A stretch of DNA of 64,000 nt from Candidatus Tectimicrobiota bacterium (GTDB lineage: Bacteria > JACPUC01): the NCBI GenBank assembly GCA_016192455.1, contig JACPUC010000001.1, forward strand, positions 124,001 through 188,000, written 5' to 3'. The notes under the pieces are model-generated. The model did no database searches. It saw only the letters and a program-made list of their open reading frames with translations, and was not told the origin of the DNA. Position numbers and translations under genes: made by a program. How positions within the stretch are numbered: the first letter of the stretch is position 1; each line of letters starts with the position of its first letter. Below, in pieces: positions 31,674 through 41,432 of the stretch.

Positions 31674-31783
31674 CCCACGAGCCTCGCTGCCTCGGGCGCC
31701 GAACGCCGGGGCGGGAGAAACGCCTTCATTGCCGCGCGCGCTCTCTTTGCCGTATCCGGGCTCGGCGCTCCATCTGCGCTGCG

Positions 31784-32446
31784 TCATGCTCCCGACGACC
31801 TCCCGAATCCGCGGGATGCGCAGGCGGCGGAGGCTGCCGCGGTGGACGGCGCCTCGAGGCGGGCCAGGAAATGCAGGGACCGATCGAACACCCACGCCGC
31901 CGGCCACGGGTAGAGGCCGACGTCGGAGACCCAGGCGGCGACGCCGAGGTCGAGCTGGGCGAACGCTGCCTGCCACTGCCGGCGCGTCCAGTAGGTGTAG
32001 GGGAGGTCAACGCCATGGCGCGCATTGCCGAGGCGATCCATGAACCGCAGGGTGGGTGCGGCGAGCCAGCCGGCGCAAGTATGATCCTTCAGGACGATGG
32101 CCCGGCGCGCCACACGCCGCGCCTCGCGGAGCAAGGCCAGGGGCTGGCGCGCATGGTGCAGGACGTCGACGCACATGACGACATCGAAGCTCGCCGCGGC
32201 GTAGGGGAGCGTGCGGCCGTCGAAGCGCTGCACGGCGATGTGGGTGGGCTGGCGCGGCCGCACCTCGACCCCCTGGATGCGCAGGGCAGGCCGCCGGCGC
32301 ATCAGGAGCGCCGCCAGGAGGCCATCGCCGCAGCCGACGTCCAGCACCGTGCCGCGGCTGGGGAGGAGGTCCATGAGGCGACGACAGAGGACCTGCCGCC
32401 GTCGCCGCGTCACGTAGCCTTCGTGGATGCGCTCGCTGAGTTTCAT
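31784..32446 (-). CDS. Class I SAM-dependent methyltransferase
   Basis: VLDVGCGDG, FDVVMCVDVLHH; ATGA overlap with the upstream GT2 gene. Confidence 0.88.
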   Translation of the reverse strand: MKLSERIHEGYVTRRRRQVLCRRLMDLLPSRGTVLDVGCGDGLLAALLMRRRPALRIQGVEVRPRQPTHIAVQRFDGRTLPYAAASFDVVMCVDVLHHARQPLALLREARRVARRAIVLKDHTCAGWLAAPTLRFMDRLGNARHGVDLPYTYWTRRQWQAAFAQLDLGVAAWVSDVGLYPWPAAWVFDRSLHFLARLEAPSTAAASAACASRGFGRSSGA

Positions 32447-33642
32447 GTGCGGCGCATCCCAAGGATACTCACGAAGAAGCTGCCGAGCACGGTCTGCACG
32501 CCCAGAGCGGTCAGGGTGACGCCGGGGATGACCCAGCGCATCGTGGCGCCGTAGTCGAGCTCGCCGAAGCCGCGCAGCCGCCACGCATTCGCCGCCACCA
32601 GGATGAGGAGGAGGCCGCAGAGCGCGGCGGCCGCCCCCACGATCAGGCCGGTCTCGAGGCGGACGATCTCGAAGAAGCGGGTCAGCCGGTGGTCTTCGGG
32701 CAACAGTCCCTCGCTGATGGCGAACGTCTTGGCGAAGATGGCGAAAAGCACCGATTGGTAGCCGACGAGCACGGCGAGGCTGGCGACGAGCAGGGTGTGG
32801 GCATCGAAGGTGACGCCCAGGAGCGTGATGCCGGGCATCGCCAGCCCGTAGCCGATCATCCCCAGGACCACCAGGAGGAAGCCGGGGATCAGGAACAGCC
32901 AGCGCGGGCTGCAGAGGAGGAAGAAGCGCACCGTGCGCCAGCCGTCGCGGAAGGTCTTGAGGTGCGGAGCGTGCCGGGTGCGCCCATCCGGGTGCAGGCA
33001 GATCGGCACCTCGGCGATCTTCGCGCCATAGAGGCTCGCTTTCAGGATCATCTCGGTGGCGAACTCCATGCCGGTGCAGCGTTGGTCGAGGCGCTCGAAC
33101 AGGTCCTTCGTGAAGCCCCGCAGGCCACAGTAAACATCGTGGATGGGGGCGCGAAACATGGCGCGCGCGAGCATCGACAGGAGGGGGTTCCCCACCCAGC
33201 GATGCAGCCAGGGCATGGCGCCGGGCAGGATGGCGCCCCCGCCGGCCGGCAGACGGCACCCCTGCACCAGATCATAGCCTTCGCGCAGCTTTCCAACCAG
33301 CTTGGGGATGTCGAGGAAATCGTAGCTGTCGTCGGCATCACCCATGATGACGAACCGGCCGCGCGCCGCGGCGATGCCGCCCATCAGCGCGCTCCCGTAC
33401 CCCCGCGCGGCGACGGTGACGAGGCGAGCGCCGGCGGCGATTGTGATAGCCTGGGAGCCGTCAGTGCTGCCGTTGTCGGCCACGATGACCTCGCCGCGAA
33501 TGGCATGCTCGGTGAAGGCGCGGCGGGCTTTCTCAATACAGCTTCGCAGCGTCTCCGCTTCATTGAGGCAGGGCATGACGACGGAGACCTCCACAGCGTC
33601 CGTGTCGTCCCTCGCCTGAGGTTCCGGCTGCTGCGCATCCAT
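32443..33642 (-). CDS. GT2 polyprenol-phosphate glycosyltransferase (DPM1-like) with C-terminal TM helices
   Basis: SVVMPCLNE, ADNGSTDGS, GYGSA, MGDADDSYD. Confidence 0.9.
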   Translation of the reverse strand: MDAQQPEPQARDDTDAVEVSVVMPCLNEAETLRSCIEKARRAFTEHAIRGEVIVADNGSTDGSQAITIAAGARLVTVAARGYGSALMGGIAAARGRFVIMGDADDSYDFLDIPKLVGKLREGYDLVQGCRLPAGGGAILPGAMPWLHRWVGNPLLSMLARAMFRAPIHDVYCGLRGFTKDLFERLDQRCTGMEFATEMILKASLYGAKIAEVPICLHPDGRTRHAPHLKTFRDGWRTVRFFLLCSPRWLFLIPGFLLVVLGMIGYGLAMPGITLLGVTFDAHTLLVASLAVLVGYQSVLFAIFAKTFAISEGLLPEDHRLTRFFEIVRLETGLIVGAAAALCGLLLILVAANAWRLRGFGELDYGATMRWVIPGVTLTALGVQTVLGSFFVSILGMRRT

Positions 33643-33770
33643 GGGCGATGCCTCTCCTGCCCGCTCCGCTCTTCTCCGCGCCGCCGCATGGTCCACCCGA
33701 AGCGCCGCGCCAGGCTGCGAGCCCGCGCCGCAGCGTCGCCCCCCAGGCGTTCGCCATGCAGCGGACGGGC

Positions 33771-35456
33771 TCATTCTAGCAGAAAGATCAGGATGGCGCG
33801 CTGGGGGTGCTCTGGCGAGGGGCGCGGGAAGTGCCGCAGCAGCGGCAGCTTCGCCGCCGCGGCGGCCGCGAACTCCGTCTCGCGCATCGCCTGCTCGGCC
33901 GTGTCCACCACCAGGAGCCGGGCGCCCGCGGCCCGCGCCGCCTGCACCACCTCGCCATAGGAGGCGAGGGGCAGCCGCAGCGATGGCCGCCCCGCATAGA
34001 AGGCGATGCGAGGCATGTTCGTCATCACCGACCCCGGCGGCAGCGGCTGCGCCCGCAGCCAGCGGCCCGCCTCTTTCAGCACCACCTTCTCCTCCCGCCG
34101 CAAGTGGAGGGCAGCCGGCAGGGAACTCGCGATGACAAATCCCGCCATGATCGCCGCGGCCCAGGGCAGGGCGGCGCCGCGCCGCTGCAGCCAGGCGCGC
34201 CGCGCCAGCCAGTCGCGCGCCGCGATCCAGCCGCGTCCCGCCCAGGGAAGCGCCAGCATCGCCAGGGGCACCATGTAGCGGCGGTGGGTGAGGAGGAAGG
34301 AGAACGCCAGGAGATAGAAGGCGAGCAGGAGGAGCATGAACAGGCTGGCATTCCTTTCTCGCCACGGGACCGATAAGAGTGCGGCCTCCGCTGCCCCGCC
34401 CGGCGCCGCCGCGCCGGCCGTCCGCACCGCGTCGCCGCGCGAGGGGCTGGCGCGCCACTGCGCCAGAACGCCGAGGGCGGCCAGGAGGACGAACGGCGCG
34501 TACAGGGCCTCGAGGAAGTAGCGCAGGAGGACGACGATGTCACTGGCGGCCTTCTTGAGGAATAACGGCAGGTTCCGCAGCACGAACCGCGCCGTGTTGA
34601 AGCCGCGGATTTCTTCCCGCTGCATCAGCGTCGCCGCGCGCTCATGCAGGAGGGCGCCGCTGGAGCCGCGCTGTTTCATGAGGCCCACGGCCACCGTGGC
34701 GCCGAGCTTCTGGCTGAGAGTCCAGCCGCCGCTGAGGGAGCGCAGGTAGAGGAGGTACGGCCCGGCCACGACGAGGAAGCTGATGAGAACGCACGAGGCG
34801 GCGGCAAGCCGCCGAGGCATCGCCGCGCGCCGCCGGCCGCCCCAGGGCAGGAGCGCGCCCAGCACCCCCATGACGACGAGGCCCAGCCCTTCCGGCCTCA
34901 CTAGGTAGGCCGCCGCCGCCACGCCTCCGAGCAGCAGCGCCGCCGGTCGCCGCGCCTCGAGCACGGCGGCAAGCGCCGCGACGCACCCCGTGAGCAGCAA
35001 GGTGATGTAGGTGGCCTCGGACAGCACCTCACCCCCGTAACGCACGGCTGCTGGGTGCACGGCATACGCCAGGCAGGCGGCCAGGGCCGCGGCCGACCCG
35101 GCGAGCCTCCTGGTGAGGAGGTAGAGCGGCAGAAGGCCGAGCGTCCCCAGCAGGAGCGAAACGACTTTCCCGGCGGCTTCCGGGCTGGGGGCGACGAAGG
35201 AGGCCAGGGCAATGAAGATGGGATAGCCAGGGGGGAAGAACGAGGCAAGCCCCTCGCTGAACCGGCCGGCGGCGAGGTGCGCTCCGTTCGTGGCGTAGAC
35301 GGTGCCGTCCTTGCTGATCACCTCGACGAGGAGGCCGGCAAGGGCGCGCAGCGCGAACGCCAGGCCGAGGAGGCCCACGAGGGTCCAGGCTCGGCGTGCA
35401 ACCGCGGCAGAGAGGACGCGAGGGACCACCAGTGCCACTCCGCGGGGGCCCCGCAT
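33771..35456 (-). CDS. GT-C fold membrane glycosyltransferase (ArnT/PMT, GT39-like)
   Basis: Multiple TM segments; DGTVY, PPGYP, VLSE, YLVRPEG, RYMVP motifs. Confidence 0.8.
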   Translation of the reverse strand: MRGPRGVALVVPRVLSAAVARRAWTLVGLLGLAFALRALAGLLVEVISKDGTVYATNGAHLAAGRFSEGLASFFPPGYPIFIALASFVAPSPEAAGKVVSLLLGTLGLLPLYLLTRRLAGSAAALAACLAYAVHPAAVRYGGEVLSEATYITLLLTGCVAALAAVLEARRPAALLLGGVAAAAYLVRPEGLGLVVMGVLGALLPWGGRRRAAMPRRLAAASCVLISFLVVAGPYLLYLRSLSGGWTLSQKLGATVAVGLMKQRGSSGALLHERAATLMQREEIRGFNTARFVLRNLPLFLKKAASDIVVLLRYFLEALYAPFVLLAALGVLAQWRASPSRGDAVRTAGAAAPGGAAEAALLSVPWRERNASLFMLLLLAFYLLAFSFLLTHRRYMVPLAMLALPWAGRGWIAARDWLARRAWLQRRGAALPWAAAIMAGFVIASSLPAALHLRREEKVVLKEAGRWLRAQPLPPGSVMTNMPRIAFYAGRPSLRLPLASYGEVVQAARAAGARLLVVDTAEQAMRETEFAAAAAAKLPLLRHFPRPSPEHPQRAILIFLLE

Positions 35457-35628
35457 GAGTTCCTCATGCGGGGGCGAGGGCCTTGCGTGCCGGTGTGCCG
35501 GTGTGCCGCAGCCAGCGCCGCCCAGATCTCCTGACAGCGGGGAAGAGCCGATCGTGGGCGGCGACGGCAGGGAACGCCTCGGAGGAGGCACATCCGCCGC
35601 GTTCGCCGCAACCCTTGGCCGGCGCGCC

Positions 35629-36237
35629 TTACAGTCGGCCGAGCACCCAGTAGTACAGCAACCCGGCATACTCGTGCAGAACGGCCTCCACCCAGTTGAA
35701 CGAGTAGGCCCTGCGGGTGCGGAACCAGCTCTGCCGCGCCGGCCGGACAATGAGGTCGATCCCCGTGCCGCGGAGCTGTTTCAGGAAGGTGAGATTGGCC
35801 CGCCGCGTGTGGTAGGGGCTGCTGACCAAGATGAGGCGTTTCCACGGCTGCTCTCTGCTGAGGCGCGCCACCGCCCGCGCCTCAGCGTAGGTCGTGCCGG
35901 TGAACTCGAGGAGGATGATGGCCTCCGCCGGCACCCCAAGCCCTTGCAGGAAAACCTTCGAGAAGTTGGCTTCCGTGAACGGCCGGCCATTCAGCGTGAA
36001 GTCGTGGAGCCGGGCGCCGGAGACGACGAGGCGCGGGGCATAGCCATCGCGGTAGAGCTCGTACCCATGCAGGGCGCGCTCGTAGTTGCCCCCCAGAACC
36101 ACGATCGCATCGGCGGGCTGGAGGGGTTCGGAGACCACCAACCACGCCGCCAGATAGGGACTCAGCAGGTAGAGGAGCAGCAGGATGCCGATCCCCGCCG
36201 ACAGGACGACCCGCCACCGTTTCCATTGCTTCGGCAT
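35629..36237 (-). CDS. YdcF/ElyC (DUF218) family protein
   Basis: ADAIVVLGG, TYAEA, LVSSPYHTRRA, HEY. Confidence 0.88.
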   Translation of the reverse strand: MPKQWKRWRVVLSAGIGILLLLYLLSPYLAAWLVVSEPLQPADAIVVLGGNYERALHGYELYRDGYAPRLVVSGARLHDFTLNGRPFTEANFSKVFLQGLGVPAEAIILLEFTGTTYAEARAVARLSREQPWKRLILVSSPYHTRRANLTFLKQLRGTGIDLIVRPARQSWFRTRRAYSFNWVEAVLHEYAGLLYYWVLGRL

Positions 36238-36393
36238 GGTCGGCTCCCCCTCCTTCGAGCGGGCAGGACATGGCGTCACCGCGGCGGCGGTCTAGGCGCC
36301 AACGAGGACCCATCCAGGCCGTGGCAGGCGGCGCGGGGATTTCCGGCTCGGCATGGCCGCGAACCCATGCCGGGGCGGCCTCTGCCGCCGCGC

Positions 36394-37035
36394 TCAGACG
36401 CGGCCGCGCAGCCAGTAGTACCCGAGGCCGAGGTACTCGTGGGCCACCGTCCGCAGCCAGGGCGCATCATGCGGCTGGCTGTCGCTGAACCAACTCTGCG
36501 GGGCGGGGCGGGCGATGAGCTTGCGGTCGGAGGCGCTGAGCTGCTTTCGCACCGTCAGCACGGCGCGCCGCATGTGGTACGGACTGGAGACGAGGATGAG
36601 GCGCCGCCAGTTCCGGCGCCGCATCCAGGTGGCGGCGGCGCATGCCTCCTCATACGTGCTGCGGGCCTCCCGGAGGACGATCAGCGCGCTCTCGGGAACC
36701 CCAAGCTGGTGCAGGATGCGCGGCGCCGAGTGGCACGCCGGGTAGACCTGGCCGTTGAACTCGCAGCGTCCCACACCTTGATTCGCGACGAGGAGCCGCG
36801 GCGCATACCCCCAGCGGTAGAGCTCATACCCAGCGACGAGGCGTTCCACGTGGCCGGAGAGGACGAGAATGGCGTCGGCGCCCTGGAGGGGATCAGCCAC
36901 CACCAGCCAATCGGCGAGAAGCTGCGTCATCCCCGCCAACCCCGGCACGTTCGCAAGACAGCTCCGCCACAGCGCCAGGCGCAGGCGTCCCGGGTACAGC
37001 CGCGAGGTTCCTCCTCGACACTCCGCGTGGCACAT
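36394..37035 (-). CDS. YdcF/ElyC (DUF218) family protein, tandem paralog
   Basis: ADAILVLSG, STYEEA, LVSSPYHMRRA, HEY; GGAGG RBS; N-terminal TM poorly conserved. Confidence 0.8.
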   Translation of the reverse strand: MCHAECRGGTSRLYPGRLRLALWRSCLANVPGLAGMTQLLADWLVVADPLQGADAILVLSGHVERLVAGYELYRWGYAPRLLVANQGVGRCEFNGQVYPACHSAPRILHQLGVPESALIVLREARSTYEEACAAATWMRRRNWRRLILVSSPYHMRRAVLTVRKQLSASDRKLIARPAPQSWFSDSQPHDAPWLRTVAHEYLGLGYYWLRGRV

Positions 37036-37345
37036 GCTCTCAGCTCCTCCTACCTCACGGCGACATCCCAGGCCGTTCACCTCTCCTCTCCGCCTACCTG
37101 GCGGCAGCCACGGCGAGGGCGCGAAACGCGGCAGACGCGCAGATGGTGCCCGGAGAAGGGTCCCCAGGTCAAGGCGCGCAGGGGCGGGGCACGATCCCGC
37201 GGCGTTCCCTGGCAGGCTCACGGCGCGCCGCGTCGCCGTCGGGGGCTGCCGCGGGGCTGTCTTGTGCATCCCCGGAGCTTATGGTGTAATACGAGATCGG
37301 CAGAGGTTCCGGCAAGCGGCGCCGCACCGCGGAGTCAGCCCCACC

Positions 37346-38920
37346 ATGAACGTTGCGAGCCTCATCGAAGGGAGTTGCGAGCGCAACGCTCAGCGGCCGG
37401 CGCTGCACCTGGGCGAGCAGACCCTCGCCTACGATGAGCTGGGACGGCGCATCTCGCGCCTGGCGAGCAGCCTGCGGCGCTTGGGGGTGCAGCCGGGGGA
37501 GCGCCTCGCCCTGCTGCTGCCGAACAGCGTCGAGTACCTCGTCAGCTACTACGCCGCGGTCAGGATCGGCGCCGTCGCTGTCCCCCTGAACCCGCTCCTG
37601 CGCGCCCCGGAGGTGCGGTACATCCTGGAGGACTGCCAGGCGGGCGGCCTCATCGTCGATCAGACGTTCGCGCCCACGATGCAGGCGCTGGAAGGGGAGC
37701 TGCCGTTCCTCCGGCACGAGATCGTGGTCGGGCCGCCGGGCTGGGCGGGGATCTCCTTCGAGGCGCTGCTCGAGGCCGGCGACGAGAGCTGCCCCGTCGT
37801 CGACCGCGACGACAGCGATCTGGGAACCCTCATCTACACCTCCGGCATGACGGGGAACCCGAAGGGAGCCATGCTCTGCCACCGCGGCCTCATCGCCGCG
37901 GCGCAGGCGGCCGTCGCCAGCTTCCACGTCACGCCGCCGGACTGCATCGTCGGCGTCCTGCCTTACGCCCATATCTTCGGCACGAACATCATCGTGCAGG
38001 CCCCGCTGGTGGCCGGAGCCTCCGTCGTGGTCATTTCGCGCTTCGAGCCGGCGGGCGTCCTGGCGGCCATGGAACGCCGGCGGGCCAGCAAGTTTGCCGG
38101 CGTGCCGCTCATGCTCATCGCCTTGAGCAACGTGCAGGAAGCCGCGCCGCGCGACGTTCGTTCCTTGCGACAGTGCATGGTGGGCGGCACCACCGTGCCG
38201 ATGGAGGTGGTGCGCCGGTTCGAGTCGCTCTTTCCCAACTGCGAGGTCGTGGAGGCCTACGGCATCTCCGAGAACACCGGCATCGTCACGCAGAACCCGT
38301 TCGGCGGCGGCCAGCGGGAGCACTCGGCGGGCGTGCCGGTGGGGCGCAACGAGGTGCGCATCGTCGATGACGCGGGGGACGAGGCGCCGCGCGGCCAGGC
38401 CGGCGAGGTGGCGGTGCGCGGGCCGCAGCTCCTCCTCGGCTACTGGGGGAAGCGGGAGGCCACGGCGGCCGCCCTGCGCGATGGCTGGCTCCTCACCGGC
38501 GACGTCGGCCGCCTCGACGAGGAGGGCTACCTCTACCTCATCGACCGCAAGAAGGACCTCATCATCACCGCCGGCTACAACGTCTACCCGCGGGAGGTGG
38601 AGAACGTTCTCTACACTCTGGACGGCGTGCAGGAGGCGGCGGTCATCGGCATGCCCGACGCCGAGCGCGGCGAGCTCGTCAAGGCCGTCATCGTGCCGAA
38701 GCCGGGCGCCGTGCTCAGCGCCGCGGCCGTCACCGCGTTCTGCGCGGAGCGCCTCGCCGCCTACAAGCTGCCGCGCCGCATCGAGTTTGCGGAGGACCTG
38801 CCGCGCACCGCCTCGGGCAAGATCCTGAAGCGCGCCCTGCGCGCCGCGACACCAGGGGCGAGCCCTTCTGAGCGCGGTTCCCAGCCGGGATTCCCCTCAC
38901 CATCGCAGGACCCCGACTGA
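37346..38920 (+). CDS. Long-chain-fatty-acid/aryl CoA ligase (AMP-binding)
   Basis: IYTSGMTGNPKG, AYGISE, TGDVG, DRKKDLI, SGKILK. Confidence 0.93.
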   Translation: MNVASLIEGSCERNAQRPALHLGEQTLAYDELGRRISRLASSLRRLGVQPGERLALLLPNSVEYLVSYYAAVRIGAVAVPLNPLLRAPEVRYILEDCQAGGLIVDQTFAPTMQALEGELPFLRHEIVVGPPGWAGISFEALLEAGDESCPVVDRDDSDLGTLIYTSGMTGNPKGAMLCHRGLIAAAQAAVASFHVTPPDCIVGVLPYAHIFGTNIIVQAPLVAGASVVVISRFEPAGVLAAMERRRASKFAGVPLMLIALSNVQEAAPRDVRSLRQCMVGGTTVPMEVVRRFESLFPNCEVVEAYGISENTGIVTQNPFGGGQREHSAGVPVGRNEVRIVDDAGDEAPRGQAGEVAVRGPQLLLGYWGKREATAAALRDGWLLTGDVGRLDEEGYLYLIDRKKDLIITAGYNVYPREVENVLYTLDGVQEAAVIGMPDAERGELVKAVIVPKPGAVLSAAAVTAFCAERLAAYKLPRRIEFAEDLPRTASGKILKRALRAATPGASPSERGSQPGFPSPSQDPD

Positions 38921-38936
38921 AGGCTAATCGACCCCG

Positions 38937-39728
38937 ATGATTGAACTCCGGAACATTTCGAAAATCTTTGCCGAGAAGGGGAAACCCAGCGTCACGGCCC
39001 TTCGCGACGTCAGCCTGCGCGTGGAGAAAGGGGAGTTCCTGACCCTGATCGGCCCCAGCGGCTGCGGCAAGAGCACGCTCCTCTACATCCTGGCCGGTCT
39101 CGAGAAGGCGACGGCGGGAGACCTCACCCTGCACGACCGAGCCATTGCGGGGCCGGGGCCGGACCGCACCATCGTCTTCCAGGATTTCGTCCTCTACCCC
39201 TGGTTGACGGTGCGCAAGAACGTCGCCTTCGGCATGAAGCTGGGCGCCTCGCGCGGCAAACATCGCCCGCCGGAGATCGAGGCCCGGGTGCAGCAGCTCC
39301 TCAAGGTCGTCGGCCTCAGCCGCTTCGAAAACCATTACCCCTACGAGCTCTCCGGCGGCATGAAGCAGCGCGTCGCCATCGCCCGGGCGTTGGCGCTCGA
39401 CCCGGAGGTCCTCCTCATGGATGAGCCCTTCGGCGCCCTCGACGCGCAGACGCGGCGCATCATGCAGGAGGAACTCCTGCGCATCTGGGAGGCGACGCGG
39501 AAGACGATCATCTTCGTCACCCACAGTATCGAGGAGGCCGTCTTCCTAAGCAACCGCGTCCTCATCATCACCGCCCGGCCGGGCCAGATCAAGCAGCAGG
39601 TGCGCATCGACCTGCCGCGCCCGCGGGATTTCGACGCCCTGCGCAACGACGCCCGCTTCATCACTCACTGCGGCGACATGTGGGCTTCCATCAAGGAGGA
39701 GGTGCAGAAGAGCATCGAGACGGAGTAG
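38937..39728 (+). CDS. NitT/TauT family ABC transporter ATP-binding subunit
   Basis: GPSGCGKST, LSGGMKQR, LLMDEPFGALD. Confidence 0.95.
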   Translation: MIELRNISKIFAEKGKPSVTALRDVSLRVEKGEFLTLIGPSGCGKSTLLYILAGLEKATAGDLTLHDRAIAGPGPDRTIVFQDFVLYPWLTVRKNVAFGMKLGASRGKHRPPEIEARVQQLLKVVGLSRFENHYPYELSGGMKQRVAIARALALDPEVLLMDEPFGALDAQTRRIMQEELLRIWEATRKTIIFVTHSIEEAVFLSNRVLIITARPGQIKQQVRIDLPRPRDFDALRNDARFITHCGDMWASIKEEVQKSIETE

Positions 39729-39760
39729 GCAAGAGGGGTGCGGTGCAGTCGCTGGGGATG

Positions 39761-39990
39761 ACAAGCAGGCTTCCGGCCCGTCGAAGGCAGAACCACGGAT
39801 GAACACAGATGAGCACGGATGATCGCGTGAGTTCGTAACCAGCGGTGGTTCACTCCCCTCCCTTCCTCTGCGTCTCCGCGGTCAATCCCCCTGCACCGCC
39901 GCGGCGCAGGGGGCGCCGAGGTTTCAACAGGCAAGATGCCTGCGCTGCGGGAAGGGGTGCGGGGGATGGAGGATTCCCCGCGGAACGTTT
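39761..39990. repeat. Composite intergenic repeat cluster (REP-like plus ACCACGGATGAACAC-type repeat)
   Basis: About 45 bp shared with 62609-62655 (CAGGCTTCC.GCC.GTCGA..GGCAGAACCACGGATGAAC); CCTCTGCGTCTC.GCGGT is also shared; CAGGCAAGATGCCTG palindrome. Confidence 0.75.
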
Positions 39991-40010
39991 TCTCGCCGAT
40001 TCCGCCTGGC

Positions 40011-41258
40011 CTACCCCGGCGCGCCGACCGCGGCAACAAGCCCGGCATCCCGGCGGAGCGCCTCGTCCTGGGGCACGCCGAGGGCGTTGGCGATGCGCAG
40101 GAAGCAGTTGAGGGCCGCCGTCTCGACAATCATGTCGAGGATGAGGGCGTCCTCGAAGCCGTGCGAGCGCAGGCCGTCGAGCCAGTTCTGGGTGATCTGG
40201 CTGCAGTCCAGGGTCATCTGCTCCACGAAGGCGAGGATCGCCTTGTCCGCCTCGGCGAGCGCCGCGTCCCGCCAGTTCACCGCGTCCCGCACAGCCCGCA
40301 GCGATCCCGCCTGTCGCCGCAGGTGCTCGCCATAGAGGAGCGCCAGGGAGGGGCAGCGCGCCAGGCCGCAGATGAGCACGGCGATCATCCCCTCGCGGCG
40401 CCCGCCCAACCCCGAGGCGCCGAAGCTCACGCCGCGCAGGAAGTGGTGCGCCGTGACGAGGGCCTTCGGGTGCAGGGAGAGCGCCGGAAACAGCGCCGGC
40501 ACGAAGCCCGCCTCAGAGCGCCAGGTCGCGTAGACCTCACGGACCTCATCCGGCAGCTCCCTCTCCGGCACGGTGGGGCGCCACGGGCCATCGCCGCGCG
40601 GACCCGAGCCGCTCGGCTTCGCCTCAAGCACGGCGCGCTGCGCGTCGGTCACGTCCGCGGCATGGCGCCCTGCCGCGCGCACATACGAGTAGGTCGCGGT
40701 GATCTCGTCGTCCTGGAGGAGATCCTCGTCCAGCTCGGCTCCGGTGGCGTCCGCTATGCGGGTGATGTAGTGCCGGTAGCCGCTTGCCAGAACGATGTCG
40801 AGGACCTGTTTCTCAGTGAAGCCGACCTCCCGCAGCGCTTGCAAGTTGCCGGCGGTGAGGCTGCTCGAGTCGATGGTGAACGCCTCGGCGAACTCGAGCA
40901 TCTGGCGGTCGCGCCCATCGAAGAGGCTGGAGCCGCGCCAGTCCTTCAGCGCCAGGACCTCGCCGCGGTTGTTCTCATTGGCCCGACGGAGGAACTCTCC
41001 GTGCTCGGCCGCTCAGAACGTGCAGCGCACGAGATCGGAGATGAGGGTGGCGATCATCTCCTCGCGCCGGCGGCCGAGATCGCTGCTGCCGAAGATGACC
41101 GCGTTGCGGAAATCGTCCGAGACCTTCAGGGCGCGCGGCCGCAGGCTGACGGCCCGGATGATGTTCGGCACGAAGCCGAGCTTGGCGTGCCAGCTCTCGT
41201 AGACGCGGGCGATCTCGCCGTCGGCGCGCTCGGGCGCCACGGTGGCGATGAATGACAT
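40011..41258 (-). CDS. AhpD/CMD-like peroxidase-related selenoprotein, two tandem domains, CxxU motif (TGA 41013-41015)
   Basis: AAGGAG RBS. MSFIATV...LGRRREEMIATLISDLVRCTF-U-AAEHG continues in frame (114 bp) into the 40011-40901 ORF and matches AhpD ExI...CxxCxxxH. Confidence 0.9.
40986..41002 (-). promoter_or_regulatory. SECIS-like hairpin
   Basis: ACGGAG-AGTTC-CTCCGT begins 10 nt after the UGA; an outer GGCC/GGCC pairing is also possible. Confidence 0.7.
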
Positions 41259-41432
41259 AGGCGTACTCTCCTTCTCATGGAGGACATCCCGCCACAGTTC
41301 CAGAACGATACCACATGGGCAGCGGCTTCTGCACGCCGCAGGGGAACAGACAGAGATCACCCGGAAGATTACAGCTTGTTCTTGGCATGCCGCCGCAGCG
41401 ACCCCAACGGGGGGCCTCAAGGGGAGGAGCGC

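Noticed and set aside
35302-37437. 711-aa plus-strand ORF (also 44513-46492, 48842-51094, 9967-11352, 32-1345 and similar)
   Set aside because: Shadow ORFs antisense to well-supported genes in GC-rich DNA; no recognisable motifs.
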